A stretch of DNA of 64,000 bases from Podarcis gaigeae (taxonomy: Eukaryota): assembly GCA_964106915.2 (NCBI GenBank), contig OZ066923.1; one strand, written 5' to 3'. This document shows positions 1 through 13,797 of this stretch, piece after piece; position 1 is the stretch's first letter, and each line of letters starts with the position of its first letter. The translations under genes and the position numbers were made by a program. A model generated the notes under the pieces. That model worked only from the letters and a program-made list of their open reading frames with translations. It ran no database searches and was not told the origin of the DNA.

Positions 1-796
1 CAACTCAGTGTATTTAAACTGGGAAGAAACTACAACTCCCTGCTTCAAATACTAGTCAGTTCACTAGACTACACATGTTCTTAGCTGCTGGTCATTAAAT
101 TCCTAACTAATGTGAATCCAAGTGGCAGCAGTTATTCCAAGCCCATTGCTGCATGAAGAGTTCTGCAAAATCTAAACACAATCATCAACATTTTACCTGC
201 ACTACCTAATACTGAGACCCTTAAACCGTCTTGTAGTATAGACTACTATTGTGATTTGAGTGATCTTTCAGAAACTGATCATATGATGGTGGCAAACAAT
301 TTAGAAGAGCTTCAGTGCAACTGCATCACATATTGAAGGAAAAGGCTAGAGGTGTGGTTAGTAATAGATAGATACTGCTAAGTTTGTGCATGCTCTATTT
401 CACTGAGTTGTTTGCCAGTCAACTCTGGCCTGAATCAATTGCTTTGCCCTTCTATGAGCTGAGCCAATACAGATGCACTTGACAGCAGAGCAAGCCAAGT
501 CTCAAATTAGTATCTGCCATTGTTTGTTCTGATAAGGATTTCCCTCTTTTTCCCTCAGATGGCAGCTTAATCATCACTGCACCAGTATTATACACAAATA
601 GGCAGGCAGAATTAAAAATCAAATAGTTTACAGGGAGGTATCTCTTGTGATGCAACTGGAATTAAGTGTCGTATTCTGGGAAAGGAAAGGCACCCTCCTC
701 CATTTCTACTATCCAATAACTAAAATCATTTTTCCAGGTTACTTTGGATATTATGGACTATCACTTCATTAGATGTTCAAAGAAGACTAGGATCTA

Positions 797-1266
797 CCGT
801 ATTTTTCATCCTATAGGATGCACTTTTCCCCCTCCAAAAATGAAGGGGAAATGTGTGTGCGTCCTATGGGGCGAATGCAGGCTTTCGCTGAAGCCTGGAG
901 AGGGAGAGGGGTCTGTGTGCACCGACCCCTCTCGCTCTCCAGGCTTCAGGAAGCTATCTGCATGCCGTGGGAGAGCGGCGCGACTTCACGCTGCTCTCCC
1001 ACAGCTTGCGAAGAGCTGCCTGCACCCAGAAGCTTGGGGCATGCTGAGCTCAGCACGCCCCAGGCTTCTGGCTTCGCGCAGCTCTCTGCTAGCCCCGGGA
1101 CGGCTAGCGGATAGCAGTCTGTTCTGGGGGCTGGGGTCGGGGGAAGCTCAGGCTTCCCCCGCCCCAGCCCCGCACCTGGGAGGGGGAAAAAATTCTTTAT
1201 TCCCCCCCCAAAAAAAAACTAGGTGCGCCCTATGGGCCGGTGCACCCTATGGGGCGAAAAATACGA
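797..1266. mobile_element. Tc1/mariner (Tc2-like) non-autonomous DNA transposon
   Basis: TA-ccgtatttttc ... gaaaaatacga-TA terminal inverted repeats (TIRs); GC/CpG-rich interior. A related fragment lies at about 1793-1870. Confidence 0.8.
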
Positions 1267-1908
1267 TAAAGGAGGAGAATGTTAAGACAGCCTAAAAGCA
1301 AACACACACACACACACCCCGAATTTTCGCTTTGTGTTAAGAAGAATTTACAAAAAAATGTGAGCTAGGAGCAACTGGTGGAAATAAAAGTAGTCCTTGC
1401 ACTCAAACTGGCCAACAGCAGGCTACCTTCCCCCATTTTCAAGGCACACAAAATACTATTCTCAAAGGAACCAATGAAATCAATCATGCCACGGTCTGGC
1501 AAAATGCCCCAAAGCCACAGCAGAAACTTAATATGAACAGCAAGCTGATTAGTGAATAATTCACATGCCCCAATTCTCTTACAGGTACTGCTAAGGCAAG
1601 CCAGAATCCAACATTAACTAACATTATTTCCCCCAGGACAATCTATGGCCAGATACAGAAACCCGAAATACCATTAAGATGTCTGTTTTTGTTTCACCAC
1701 ACCTCAGCCATTCTTAACAGGGCCATATTTTGAGAAAACAAGCTTGCCTGGTGTTCCTCCCCCCCCCCCCCAAGCATTGAGCTTTGAAACATACCATATT
1801 TTTTGCTCCACAAGACTCACTTTTTCCCTCCTAAAAAGTAAGGGGAAATGTGTGTGCGTCTTATGGAGCAGAACAGCAAGAGGGAACAGCAACCCTAACC
1901 CTTCAATA

Positions 1909-2055
1909 CAGTGGCGCAGCGTGGGGGGGTGCAGGGGGGGCCGGCCGCACCGGGCGCAACATATGGGGTTAGGGTTAGGGGGCGCAAATGCACGGGTTAG
2001 GGGGCGCAAATTACTTGCCTTGCCCCAGGTGCTGACAACTCACCCTACGCCACTG
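1909..2055. mobile_element. hAT MITE containing TTAGGG motifs
   Basis: TIRs cagtggcg(c/t)ag ... ctacgccactg; perfect 8-bp TSD cttcaata (1901-1908, 2056-2063). Confidence 0.85.
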
Positions 2056-4017
2056 CTTCAATAAAAATGTTTCCAAGGGGCTTACTTACGAACACAAAAC
2101 AAAAGTAACTGGTAACAAAAAAAAAACAGAAAACAGCAGATAAAAGCTGGTAGCAATAAAAACATAGCTTAACAATAACGATCTAAGGAAACAAGCCTGC
2201 CAAAAAGACAGCAAAGAACAGGCAACCCTCTGTGGGGAAGGGAAAAAAAATTGTGTGTGTGTGTGTAAAGAACAGGGATGTATTCAACCACGTGATTACT
2301 CACCTGCTATCTTTAGATACAGGTTTAACACTTCTGTTTTTGTGAACTAGCCATAACTGTAGTTGATTGTTCATGCTTGCAATAGTAAGTTTTGGACATT
2401 CAAATATCCTAGAGTGTATGGAAACATTCATTTCCCTGACACACCCAAAATAAACATGAACAGATCTTCAAAATCTCTTTCGTTACAAATCAACGTTTCA
2501 TATATGGGAAATTCTGTCTAGCCAATAATGGGATCCCAAATTCAGATAGTTACTTTCACCTTCCTTATTCAGCTGATTTCAGTTCATATGTATGCAGCTT
2601 CTGTGTGAATCCTGCCTTCTGGGTTGCTTGAATGACTCATCCAATTCTACTGTGGCTCTGAAGAGACCATTTTTTAAATCCAATGACGGTGAGATAGAAA
2701 TATGTGGCTGTAAACACCAGCTCCAATATATGATCCATTCCACTCTTTCTCCTCCACCCACTAATGTCATAAAAATAAGCCAGAGTTCTTCACAAAGCCA
2801 TCCTTATTTATCCAGCCTAGTTAACAACTTTAGTAAGCTTAGCACACTACCTGAACACCCCATAACTATGTCCTTTTAGATAAGGCAGGCATATGCATGG
2901 ACAACAGAATAGGTAAATACAACACTTGTGCCCTATGTTCTGAATCACTGCTGGCAGCCCACATATCCGCTAGCCTGAAATTCTTCACACCCACAGTGAC
3001 AATTCAACGTAATGATTCATTGATGAGTATATAAAACCAAAGTAACACCAAACGTGAGCCAGTAACCTACACTTTCCTATCAGGATACAAGAAATCACTC
3101 TTCTACACATTCTTGTGCATATCATGCACATACAGAAAACTTCCCTAATTTCTGTCAAATATGTAATGTGTGTAAGAGAGAACTGCTGCTGAAGGTACAG
3201 ACGAAGAAAGACTAAGTTAAAATGCCTATTCTTCATCTTCATAGCCTTCCCAAGTGCTGAAAAGGCAAAACAAGGATTTGCCCAAGGCCTGAAAGGCTTG
3301 TTGTTGCAGTTCATTAAAAAAAGACTCTGGATTTCATTTTGTAAACACTAAGAAGTCCTTGCAAAGCAAAACCTGTAGAAGTGAGCTTCCATACCAACTT
3401 CAGGTTTCCTCTGTCTCTCTTTCAGAAAACACATCCTGAGGAAATTCTTAAATTCATACAGTGGGTTGGGTGGGCAGGAAGAGAGTAAAGATGAAAAACT
3501 GAACAGACTTTTAAAAACCCCAACAGGAAATGGATTGTTTGAAACCTTAGAATGAGCCACTTAAATGTGTATATGCTAAATATGCACTGTACCTTTCAAT
3601 AGATTTCCAGGAAAATTAACTAAATTTTAAAATGCTGTCAGTTGATTTAACTAAAAAAGTGAAAAAGAACAATCTGAAAACAACTAAGACAGAACAGGAG
3701 GAGGACAGATAGAGACAAAGCAAATGTCAGCACTGAAACTCTTAAAAATTCAAGGAAAATAAAAAAAGTTAGTCTCCTGGTGCCAAAATGGTATCAGAGA
3801 AAGCACATTCATAAATGAGGCCTTATAGTCAGTCATCACCAGACTCATCTCAGAAAGCCTCTAATGAAGGCCTCACTGCCTAAGCAGGCTGATCTGGATT
3901 CTATAACAAGAAAGTTACCAACATAAGAAAGCTGCTAGTAGTATCTATTCACAGGCAGGATGTGTGAATCATTGCCGCTTTCTTTTGCTAAGCAGCATTA
4001 ATTACATTAGACTCAAC

Positions 4018-4066
<49 letters not shown>
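4018..4066. repeat. (TTAG)n microsatellite
   Basis: About 12 perfect units. Confidence 0.95.
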
Positions 4067-5869
4067 AACAAACAGGATTTCTATGCCACTTTAATCATCA
4101 AAGCCTAAACTATTTCATAAAATCACTTAGGGAACAAATGTGCTTGTTTTAAACTGCTTTTAATATTATGTTTTAATATTGTAACTCATTCAGTGTTAGA
4201 AACTCAGATGTATAAGCTAGACACCAAATGGCTCCTTAAACCAGGGCTATATTCGCCAAAACGGAATATATAGTTGCTGTTTTGGGGCAAGACAGCTCAA
4301 AAGCCACATTTTTTCAAGACAACTTTTTGGTTCCTGATTGCGCAGATAAAATATCACAGATAGAATTCTAAAGGAAGTTGTAATAGTGTGTGAAAACAGG
4401 CAAGATCCAAGGATCCCTAGGCATAAGGGCAGTATATAAATTCAATAAACAAACACTAGGTTGCAAGAGTTATTTCTTGAATCATTTACAGCAGTGTTTA
4501 TTTACATGGGCTTCTGTGGATGTTTTCTATTAGCCTTATATCTGCTTCTTCTGTTTTTGTTTAATCATCAAAAAGCAAACTATGGAATCTCCCTCATCAG
4601 ACAACCAAAGAATGTTGATCTCGACTGAAAGAGCAACATGCTTTATACACAGAGTAATAAGACACGATGCCAAAGCCTGTATACATATAAGAGAAAACTG
4701 TTATTAGCGGCCTGTTCAAAAGCCCAAAATATATTGTGCTAACCTCAGTTCTCACAACCTATTATTTCCACAGTAAGATAATAGGAATAAACGTTTATCA
4801 ACATCCACACCTTGCTTTAAATAGAACAGCAGCTCAGAGAGGAGAATTAGGAATAGCAAGAATTGGAAGACAGGCAAAATAATAAGTTTAACACAGAAAG
4901 TTTCTATTTTTAAGAGTAAGTTTCCAATTACAATCTAGAGGCACATCAGTTGAACAAATTATCTGTAGGTTAAAAGAAAACCCAAGCTTGAAATGACTGG
5001 CACATGGATGTGAATCTTCCAAAGGGATTTACCCATGAATTGAAAAATATTACAATATGGGCCAAACCTTATGAGCAGATGACATGTCCAGCCACTTACA
5101 TAAACACATACATGTGCACACAAACCCTTGCTCTCTTTGACTGTCAGTCTGTCAATCACACAGCTAATCATCTGAGGATACTCAATCTCTCCTGTCTCAG
5201 AAATCTCCTCGGATGCATGGCAGTAATTGCCTTTTCCCATTAGCCCACAGTGACAATGGCTGCCATAGCAACTGGCAATGATTTTAATAAATCCAATCTG
5301 CTTTTTCAAGGACAGCACATGCATGCCAGCAGTGACAGCACTACAGATAGGCTCTGTAAGGGGGAAGGGAAACCAACATCCACAGCAAGGTCAGAGGTTT
5401 AGCATTCAAAGGTGAGCAAAACAACTATGGAAAAGACAAATGCTTTCTTTTCTATACAGGGTACAGTGAGAGCAAATTATAAACATATTCTAGAAGACAC
5501 TGTTGTTTCTAAAATGTGTAGAGTAAGCAAACAGCCTCTGTTTACAAAGAGGTATTGGACCCTACGAAGCCAATATATCATCCATACAACATTTGCATTC
5601 TTAAGTCATACTGAACCAAAGCAAATAGTATTTATTCAGTAAATACCAAGTGGATTTTTAAAAAAACAAAAACAAAAAATTACTCAGCATTGAGACATGG
5701 AACAGCATGAGGTACTATCTCAATCAAAGAGTCTGCAGTCATTTCATTGTAATGCATGAAGAGACCGTAAGAGTTAACCCACTTTCAAATGTAATGTCTA
5801 CATAATCACCAAGTTAGATGTCCCTTGTGCCAATGAAGAACAAGAATTCAAAGTAAGAAGCTCATAAAA

Positions 5870-5955
5870 CAGGGGTGCCCAAACTTTTTTCAAAGAGGGT
5901 CAGATTTTATGAAGTGAATATGTGTGAGGGCCAACCAAAGTTGTTTAGGCCCCCA
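5870..5955. mobile_element. hAT-Charlie terminal fragment
   Basis: caggggtgcccaaactttttt...gagggcc end motif. Confidence 0.5.
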
Positions 5956-7316
5956 AAATGGACTTTGGACATGCCTGACATAAAAGATCTAGAGACACTT
6001 CTTCTGCCTTCTCCCAAACAATGGAATGTGAAAACTTTTGTAAAAGAAAGTACAGTAGATATTAGCAAGATTTATGAAAATGCCCTACGTACCAGTGCTA
6101 CACCATTGCCATTTGCATTATCAATATCAAACTTTCTAACTTAGGACTGCATTTTAAATACCCTATCAAGCCAGGCAATTTCCCTTGAAGTTAAAGAGCA
6201 GGCTGTTTAAAATATCACTAACAACCTATAGTCACCCAAAGCTCTTTAAGTTGTTAACATCAGCAGTGGTGAACTAACAGTAGCAAGACGGGAACACTCT
6301 GCTGTATGCTGAGTTTTACTGGAGATGCTGAATAAGCTTTGTATCATACCAGCTATAATAGATAGTGCAGTGTAAGAGAGTAGCTTCTGCTATGATTTAA
6401 ATCCAGTCTCAGAGTTATAAAAAGGGGGGAGGAAAATGAGGTGATGCCCAAACAAATAACAGAAAGACATACATGCAACTCTGCCTATCAGTCATGAGAA
6501 CAAAAAAGGAACATAACAGGGGTTTGTAAAAAAATCCACTTGGGGTGCTCACCAGCATGCAACCTGTTCAAAAGTTGGTGGTTCTTCTGTTTTAGCCACA
6601 CAGCAGAAATAACATGATTGCTTTTGTTCCCCCAAATACAGTATACCTATGAGCCTCGAATACTTTAAACATAATCTAGTACCTTCTTAGTACAGACCAG
6701 AGGGCAAGGTGCACAAGGACTGAAAACAGAGTTAAATGCAACACCTACATGCACAACGTTCTCACAGCACCATTACCACACCAGGCTGAGGCAGGTCAAT
6801 GGACAGCTCATGGTGCCTGTCAGTATGCATGCAAGCCTTGGCTTTCCCAAATACACAGCTTGCTCAGTACAGTGGATGCACTGAGGGTCTCTTATACTTT
6901 CTAGACCACAGATGGTAGGGTCAAGACAGCTACAGCTGGGTGGTATGAAAGAAAGATCCAGAGCAGCCCCTTTCTCCTCCTTCCTAGCTTTCAACCACAT
7001 ATCTGGTAGTTATACGGAACGTGACAGGGGCTTTGAAAAATCCATAACAGGTTAGCCAATTTTAGCTCAGAGATTCAATGCTGTCATTGAGAACAGAAAA
7101 ATAAAAGATCAGCTTTATCTTTTAAGGTAATAACAACATAGTAGTTTTGCAACTGAATGGCAAAAATTGAAGATACACTACAGATATTAATGCATAGTCT
7201 CTGGTTCCACCATGTGTCACAAAGCTATGTATAAAGCCCACCTATTTGAGTTCTTATTTACATTTTCTCTCTTTCCTCTAATGGAGATCTAACTGAATCA
7301 AAGCCAAAAATATGTA

Positions 7317-7460
7317 CAGTCGTACCTTGGATCTCAAACACCTTGGTTCCTGAAAAAATCAGCTCCTGAACGATCAAAACTCAGAAATAAGTGTTCTGGT
7401 TTTTGAACAATTTTCGGAAGCCGAATGTCCAGCATGGGTTCCAACTGGCTGCAGGAACTT
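7317..7460. mobile_element. Tigger/mariner-like fragment
   Basis: TA-cagtcgtaccttgg terminus; the same family is seen at about 17053-17162. Confidence 0.6.
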
Positions 7461-8184
7461 CCAAAATGAGACATCTAAGGGGCAGGGAGAGGCTCAGCCA
7501 GCCTGGGATCCACTGGAGTCAGCTTCATAAACATCATTTGGTGGCACTGGGCCTAATCCAGAACCAACTGCTACACTAGCTCGCCGGACAGCATAGCACA
7601 GAGCAGGGTTTAGCCTGCCTCCAGCTGGCACGAACTAAAGTGCTGTGGATGAAGCTATGGCTACACCATTCTATCATGCTGCTGGCCCAGTCAGGGTTAG
7701 AAATTATCTGTAAACTACGAAGGGGAAAAGTCTGTTCAAAAGAGGAAGGCATCTGCTTAGTGATCTAAGTCATCATTTTAAAAATCGTTCCTCATACAGA
7801 ACACAATTCAGCAATTTCATTCATAATTCCCTGTATGATCCTGAAACAACAGTTTTCATAAGGGAAGAAACAAACCACAGGAAATACTACATTAGTTTGC
7901 TTTGCAGAACTCTTTCAGACTTATAAGTCGATACAAAAAGCCACTTCCTGGTTCGGAAGACTCAGAAGTAGTCGCGGCATTATGCCATGTCAAGATTTCC
8001 CTACCTTCCTGAAAAATTAATGTGAGGCAAAACATTAACAGAAGTTACGCATCTTGTTTCTTCAGTCTGTACCAATTGTTTTGCGTGGAACACACAAATA
8101 AGAATGCAGAACTTTTTTTCAAAAGCAGCTATCCTCCTACCCCAGACACAGTAACAATTTTCTTTATGTGAGAAGGGAGAAGAG

Positions 8185-8189
<5 letters not shown>

Positions 8190-8233
<44 letters not shown>
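8190..8233. repeat. (AG)n microsatellite
   Basis: About 21 units. Confidence 0.95.
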
Positions 8234-8236
<3 letters not shown>

Positions 8237-9726
8237 CACACACAGAAAATGTTTGCATATTCTGCTCCTGACTACATCGTATCTGACTGAGGAGGGAAAT
8301 ATTTAAAAGCTATAAGCTAAGATACACTTTCAGTGTTTCCTTCAGAAGTAGGAAGGGCTAAGTGCAGAGAAGCCCCACCCACCCCCTACCCACAACCACA
8401 GACACCAATGATACGCCTGCCATCATAGTTACAGTCTCCGACTATCCCACATGATACTAAATAAAACCTAAGTGAGTCCTTGTTGGGTCAGCACTTCTGG
8501 GCATACTCCCTGATGGTAGTAATTACTCTATGTATCTGCAAATGCCTCCTAAAATAAGCAAACCCCTAAAAAAAGCCTTTGCATCCCTGACTTGCAGGAA
8601 GAGTTTCAGCTGAGTTCAGATCTCAGGACCTGAAAAGCCTCTAGGGAAAGATAAATTTGTTGATATTACAGAGGGACATTACATAAGGGCACTTATTTAG
8701 TCCACTTCTGTTGTAACACAGAAAGGAACCTGAGCATATACTGAAAAGAAAGAAAGTGGGTCCTATCCCAACTGCTCTTTTTCTGCTTTTTATAGCACAG
8801 CACTAAATAGCAGTTTTGTTATGCTCCAGACAAGCACCATAGGAAAAACCTGACACAGCCATAATGGGGAAAGGGGGGGGGGTAAATCCACTAGGCTTTT
8901 AATTACCACCCCCAGAAGATACTTCTCAGATACATCTTGCGCAATACATTAATTGCACTGAGAGGGAAAATATCAACAACCAACCAGAATATGCTCAAAC
9001 GATTGGAATGGTACAAGTTCTATTATGTACATGACACCCAAGTAAAAAAAATAAATTTTTTTTAAAATGTGCTCCCCCATCAGGCTTGATATGAAAATAG
9101 TTTCTAACAACCAGATTACATAAATAGCAATATCAACGCTGATATAAATCTTCCCCAATGAAGACACTAAAGTTGTAAATGCTATATGCACCACTGGAGA
9201 TATCCTAATATTACAGTTATTAAAAATGAATATGCCCAATTCTTAGGCCAATACACCATTCAAATGATCTACGTATAGAGGCATTTGTCACAATCCCCCC
9301 CCCCAAAAAAAAAACCCATTACACAAGCACCATATCCTAATGTGAGTGGTCCCTAAAGGTCTGGATAGATTTCAAAATGAGAACAAGCACCATGAAATAT
9401 AGGCAACTGTCAGGTAAAGCCTGTTGAAACTTCTGCTGCAGCTGCATATAAATATTTAGCTGCACAGATAGAAATTTAGAGTATAAAGGCCTCTCCCTAC
9501 ATTTAAAATGAGAAAAGGGCTGTGTGGGGGACAGGTACTCCACATACACACAGAAAAGTTTAGTTGTCTTGCTCTCAAATAACGTAACTTGAATCTAAAG
9601 CACCAAGAAAAACAAAAACTCAAATGTCTTCAACAGCAACTGTGCGCTGCCTTGAATTTAGAAGTGAGTGTACTAAAAATAGAAAAGGAGAAGAGAATGT
9701 GTTAAATCTCAGAATGCAACCAAGTA

Positions 9727-9977
9727 CAGTGGCACCTCGGATTACAGACACTTCAGGTTACATACGCTTCAGGTTACAGACTCCGCGAACCCAAAAATAG
9801 TACCTCAGGTTAAGAACTTTGCTTCAGGATGAGAACAGAAATTGTGCTCCGGCGGCACGGCAGCAGCAGCGGTAGCAGGAAGTCCCATTAGCTAAAGTGG
9901 TGCTTCAGGTTAAGAACAGTTTCAGGTTAAGAACAGACCTCTGGAACGAATTAAGTACTTAACTCGAGGTACCACTG
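9727..9977. mobile_element. Tigger-type MITE
   Basis: TA-cagtggcacctcg ... cgaggtaccactg-TA. Confidence 0.88.
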
Positions 9978-11705
9978 TAGTTCTAATCCTTGGGCAGTGG
10001 CATTGTCTCATGACAACTGCACTTCAGAGTCACTTCAATGCAACTATAAAATGGAGCTCTCAAAAAACGCTCCATCAAAGTGGAACTAGTTGCCTCTAAT
10101 TGGCCCACTCACTTCATTACTGGATGCTCTTCTTACCCCATAGATGTAATCACTCAAAGGAGACCATTATGCATGCACATAAGGTGTAATAATCTAGTAT
10201 CTGAATAAGCAAGACTTAAAGATTGCCAGAGTCATCACAAATACCTACTTATCAGCCCGTCACAAGTCAGGCGGCTCCTGATAACTTTTTTAATCAACTA
10301 GACAAAAGCACAAACACTTTGACAAACAGGAATGGACAAAAACAACAACACTACAATTATAATTTGTCCAGCTCTTAGCATTATTATTGCTGTCAGACTT
10401 GTGCAACTCCACCATTATCAGCAACTATACCAATGATTATATTGCGGCTGATAATTGTGGAGGAGATGCATGATTGTATGAAAGTCCTGAGCACAGCTTC
10501 AATTACTGGTGATGGGGGAAAGAGCAGTGAATGAAGTCTGAATTCAAACCCACAGATCACTCAGGCTGTTCTCTCAGGACAAAATGGAGATGTGAACAAG
10601 TATTTTTTTTGAGAGAGAGATTTTGTGAGTACAGAACATCAGTGGCATAGCACGGATTGCCAGAGCCCGGGGCCATGCGGTGGGGGGAAGCAGGGAGGGA
10701 AATGCATGCATGGAGTACGCATGGACATTCAACTGCCTAATTGCATCCACATCACCCAAGAGATCGCATCTAGTTCACATGGAGAAGCCGTTTTCAATGG
10801 AGCCCAGCAACAGAAGAGCGCAGCTGTATTAACGCAACACCAGTGTTGAAATTTTGTGCACCTAACCATTTTGCGACAAGGGCAACCACCCCTGTGGCTC
10901 CCCCCACAATACACCACTGCAGAACTTAACAAAAGGCAGAAGACAGAACTTACAGAAGAATGATAGGAAAACAGGCAAGTTGCTGCATTCTAGCAAAATG
11001 CTCGTAAGGAAATGGGCACTATCTTTTTTTAAAAGAAAAATCATCATAGTGAATGGTTCATTTTAAACTTGAAAGTTTGTGCATGAAAACAGTATCAGTT
11101 AAAGCTTTAGTTGATTCAGAATCATTGGTGAAGACAAATTAATCAGTGGGGCAATAAGTTATAGTCATATATATTTGGATTCTATGTTTTTTAGTCTCTC
11201 CTAGGTTCTTATTACTGTAATATGGAGTGAAAAAATATTAAAATATAGTCTTTCCTTCAAACAGTGACTGACTTCCTTCAATATCTCAAAAGGCACAAAT
11301 ACTAGAGTTTCTGTAAGATGCAAATGTATTTACATTTTATCAGTTAAATAACAGACTGATCAACTAAAATTGCCTATTAATTAGGCTGCTTTACAACACA
11401 TAACTTCTTTTGTCCCACAGGTAATTAAGTGCAGCTTCCTTGTTCCCAATGTGGTATCATTTCTATTATAAGGCACTTGCCCAACAACACCTCATTCTCT
11501 TTGACCTCCTCTTCCTCAAGCTCTGTACCCTCCACTCTTCCTATTTTCTCAATACTTGCCAAAAAGCCCAAGTATTTTGACTTTTCACTACCAAGGAGCA
11601 GGTTTAGATTATGTAAACATGGTTAATTTACACAATGTCTTATGCCTGCACATTTTAATACCCTTGGTACAAATTGAGTGTTTTCTCTCTCTATGGAGTA
11701 TAAAT

Positions 11706-11797
11706 TAAGGTTACCAGATATTTTTCAATGAATTGGGGCACACTGATTTGTAAATCCAGGGACTGTCCCCGGGAAATGGGGACGTCTGGTAACCTTA
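11706..11797. mobile_element. 92-bp hAT (Blackjack-like) MITE
   Basis: Perfect 13-bp TIR taaggttaccaga/tctggtaacctta; perfect TSD gtataaat. Confidence 0.88.
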
Positions 11798-12458
11798 GTA
11801 TAAATGCAGCCCTGGTTTTATCGAGCCTCAGGATATCCAGCTCATATACTGAACAGAAAGCAGATATACAGTCTTCAGAAAACAGAAAATGAAAACATTT
11901 TTGTGAAAAAAACAAACGGTTTGCTCAGCAAACATTTTATTCAAGCACTGGAGATTTAATACTGAAAGCAGTGGTTATCACCATACACTTCACAGAGAGA
12001 ATAAAAATGCATATAACATGCAGGTTGTTCTTCATGGTACAATAAACACAGCATTGTGTAATAATAAAGATTTCAGGTCCATGCCACATACAGATTCCTC
12101 ATTTCACTAATGTAAGGGATCTCCTCACTACAGAGGCAAAATATTCCATTTTTTTATTGTATCATCATCATGTGAAAACTAAACTATACAGACAAGAGGC
12201 AAGCGAATTCAAAGAGGGCAGATCTATTCTGTAAAAAGGCATCATGTAACACTATGTCCCACTTCACTAGTCTTCCTGTAGTACAGTCAAATATCAAATT
12301 GACAATTTGATTAGGCTACAGTGCACATATGGGGAAGAAACCAATCAGGTTCTTGCTCTCGCACATCTCTCAACCCCAGCCTAACTGCTGCCTATCAGCC
12401 ACCTTTATTGTTCATTTTCCTTTCCCCCTCACTAGGCCTGGGTCCACAGACTCTAGGC

Positions 12459-12594
12459 CAGTGTTTCCCAACCTTGTGCCTCCAGCTGTTTTTGAACTAC
12501 AACTCCCATCATCCCTGACTAGCAAGACCAGTGGCAAGGGATGATGGGAATTGTAGTCCAAAAACAGCTGGAGGCACAAGGTTGGGAAACACTG
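12459..12594. mobile_element. Palindromic hAT-Charlie (URR1-like) MITE
   Basis: 58-bp inverted arms with 2 mismatches; perfect TSD ctctaggc. Degraded relatives at about 16113-16248, 23085-23190 and 32300-32392. Confidence 0.92.
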
Positions 12595-13399
12595 CTCTAG
12601 GCAATGCATCTTCCATTATCTGAAAGGAAAAAACCTGGACACATCAGTCACCACTAAGTATGCCTTGAGGTATACTAGACAAAGTCTGCTGCATTCAGGA
12701 ACAGGGCCTCTACGCTTGGTTTAAGACTAAAAGCCCGTCACTTGGGGATTAGATGCTGTGTAACTCTGTTGATGTTTAAAGTATCACAATACTCTTAGTT
12801 ATCAGGAGTCACAGGTAGCAGCAACACAACTGGGGGGAATACAGGCAGCAGGCCCTGTAACTCTGTGCACAGGGCTGTAGTGTATCCTTAAGTTTAGGTG
12901 ATTCTGGTACCACTCCTAATACTGGACATGGCAAGGCCCAAAACTCTTTCCCTTCGTAACCAGTGCCATTTAACCAACAATTGTGCTTTGAATTGGGAGC
13001 AGTGCACAAACTATGAAAAGAACTCCAGTTTCTCATTTTCTTTTTAATCAAGAACAAGCCCTTCTTCACACAAGCAATTCTTTGAAAAGCTTTTGAGACT
13101 TATGAGGAAGTTAGAAAAGGAGGGCAGTTCAAGAGAGGGTTTTTTGTTTTTGTTTTTTTAAGCACTGAACTGATCAGTTCCCATGCGGCACAGCAGGTAG
13201 CAAGGCACAGCAGCAAGCTGTACGTAGTAAGAAACAAAAAATGCAGCCAATGATGTATTGTAAATGGAACCAAGTACAAATGGCAAATTCATACATTCCA
13301 ATATGAGCAGAAAATACAGGGAACCCACAAAACCTTTGCAGACCTCATATGCATGCTAGGAGATGCTAGGTGCAGGATTAGTGCTTAGTGCACAGACCC

Positions 13400-13725
13400 T
13401 TGGAATGATACGTTCAGTGGTGCCTTCATATCTGTGGAACCCTCTCCCCAGTGGATAAGTACTTAGCCACATCATTCTTTTCTTTCAGGGAACAGATGAA
13501 GACGCGCCTCCAGCAGCAGGCTTCTGGACGAGGGTATCAGTGACTTAAATAATTTAGGAGGAATTTGATGATCATGCTTGTTAGAAACTGTACCAATATA
13601 ACTGTTTTCAACTTTTACATTTCATGGATATTGTTAAGCATGCATTTTATGTTGTTTATTATGCTGTAAAATGCCCTGTAGTCTTTGGATAAAGGGTAGT
13701 ATACAATTGGCTGAATAAATAAACA
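13400..13725 (+). mobile_element. Degraded L2 LINE 3' end
   Basis: tggaaccctctcccc ... gtaaaatgccctg ... aaagggtagtatacaa ... aataaataaa, typical of squamate L2 tails. Confidence 0.5.
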
Positions 13726-13797
13726 ATTACATTTTTAAAAGAAACTGCTTCTCCAGAATGGGGTGGGGGGTGATGTAAGCGCACATGCATATGTGTA

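Noticed and set aside
744-1295. 183-aa ORF
   Set aside because: It lies almost entirely in a GC-rich non-autonomous Tc2-like element and has no transposase motifs.
4018-4066. (TTAG)n as interstitial telomere
   Set aside because: A tetranucleotide microsatellite, not TTAGGG.
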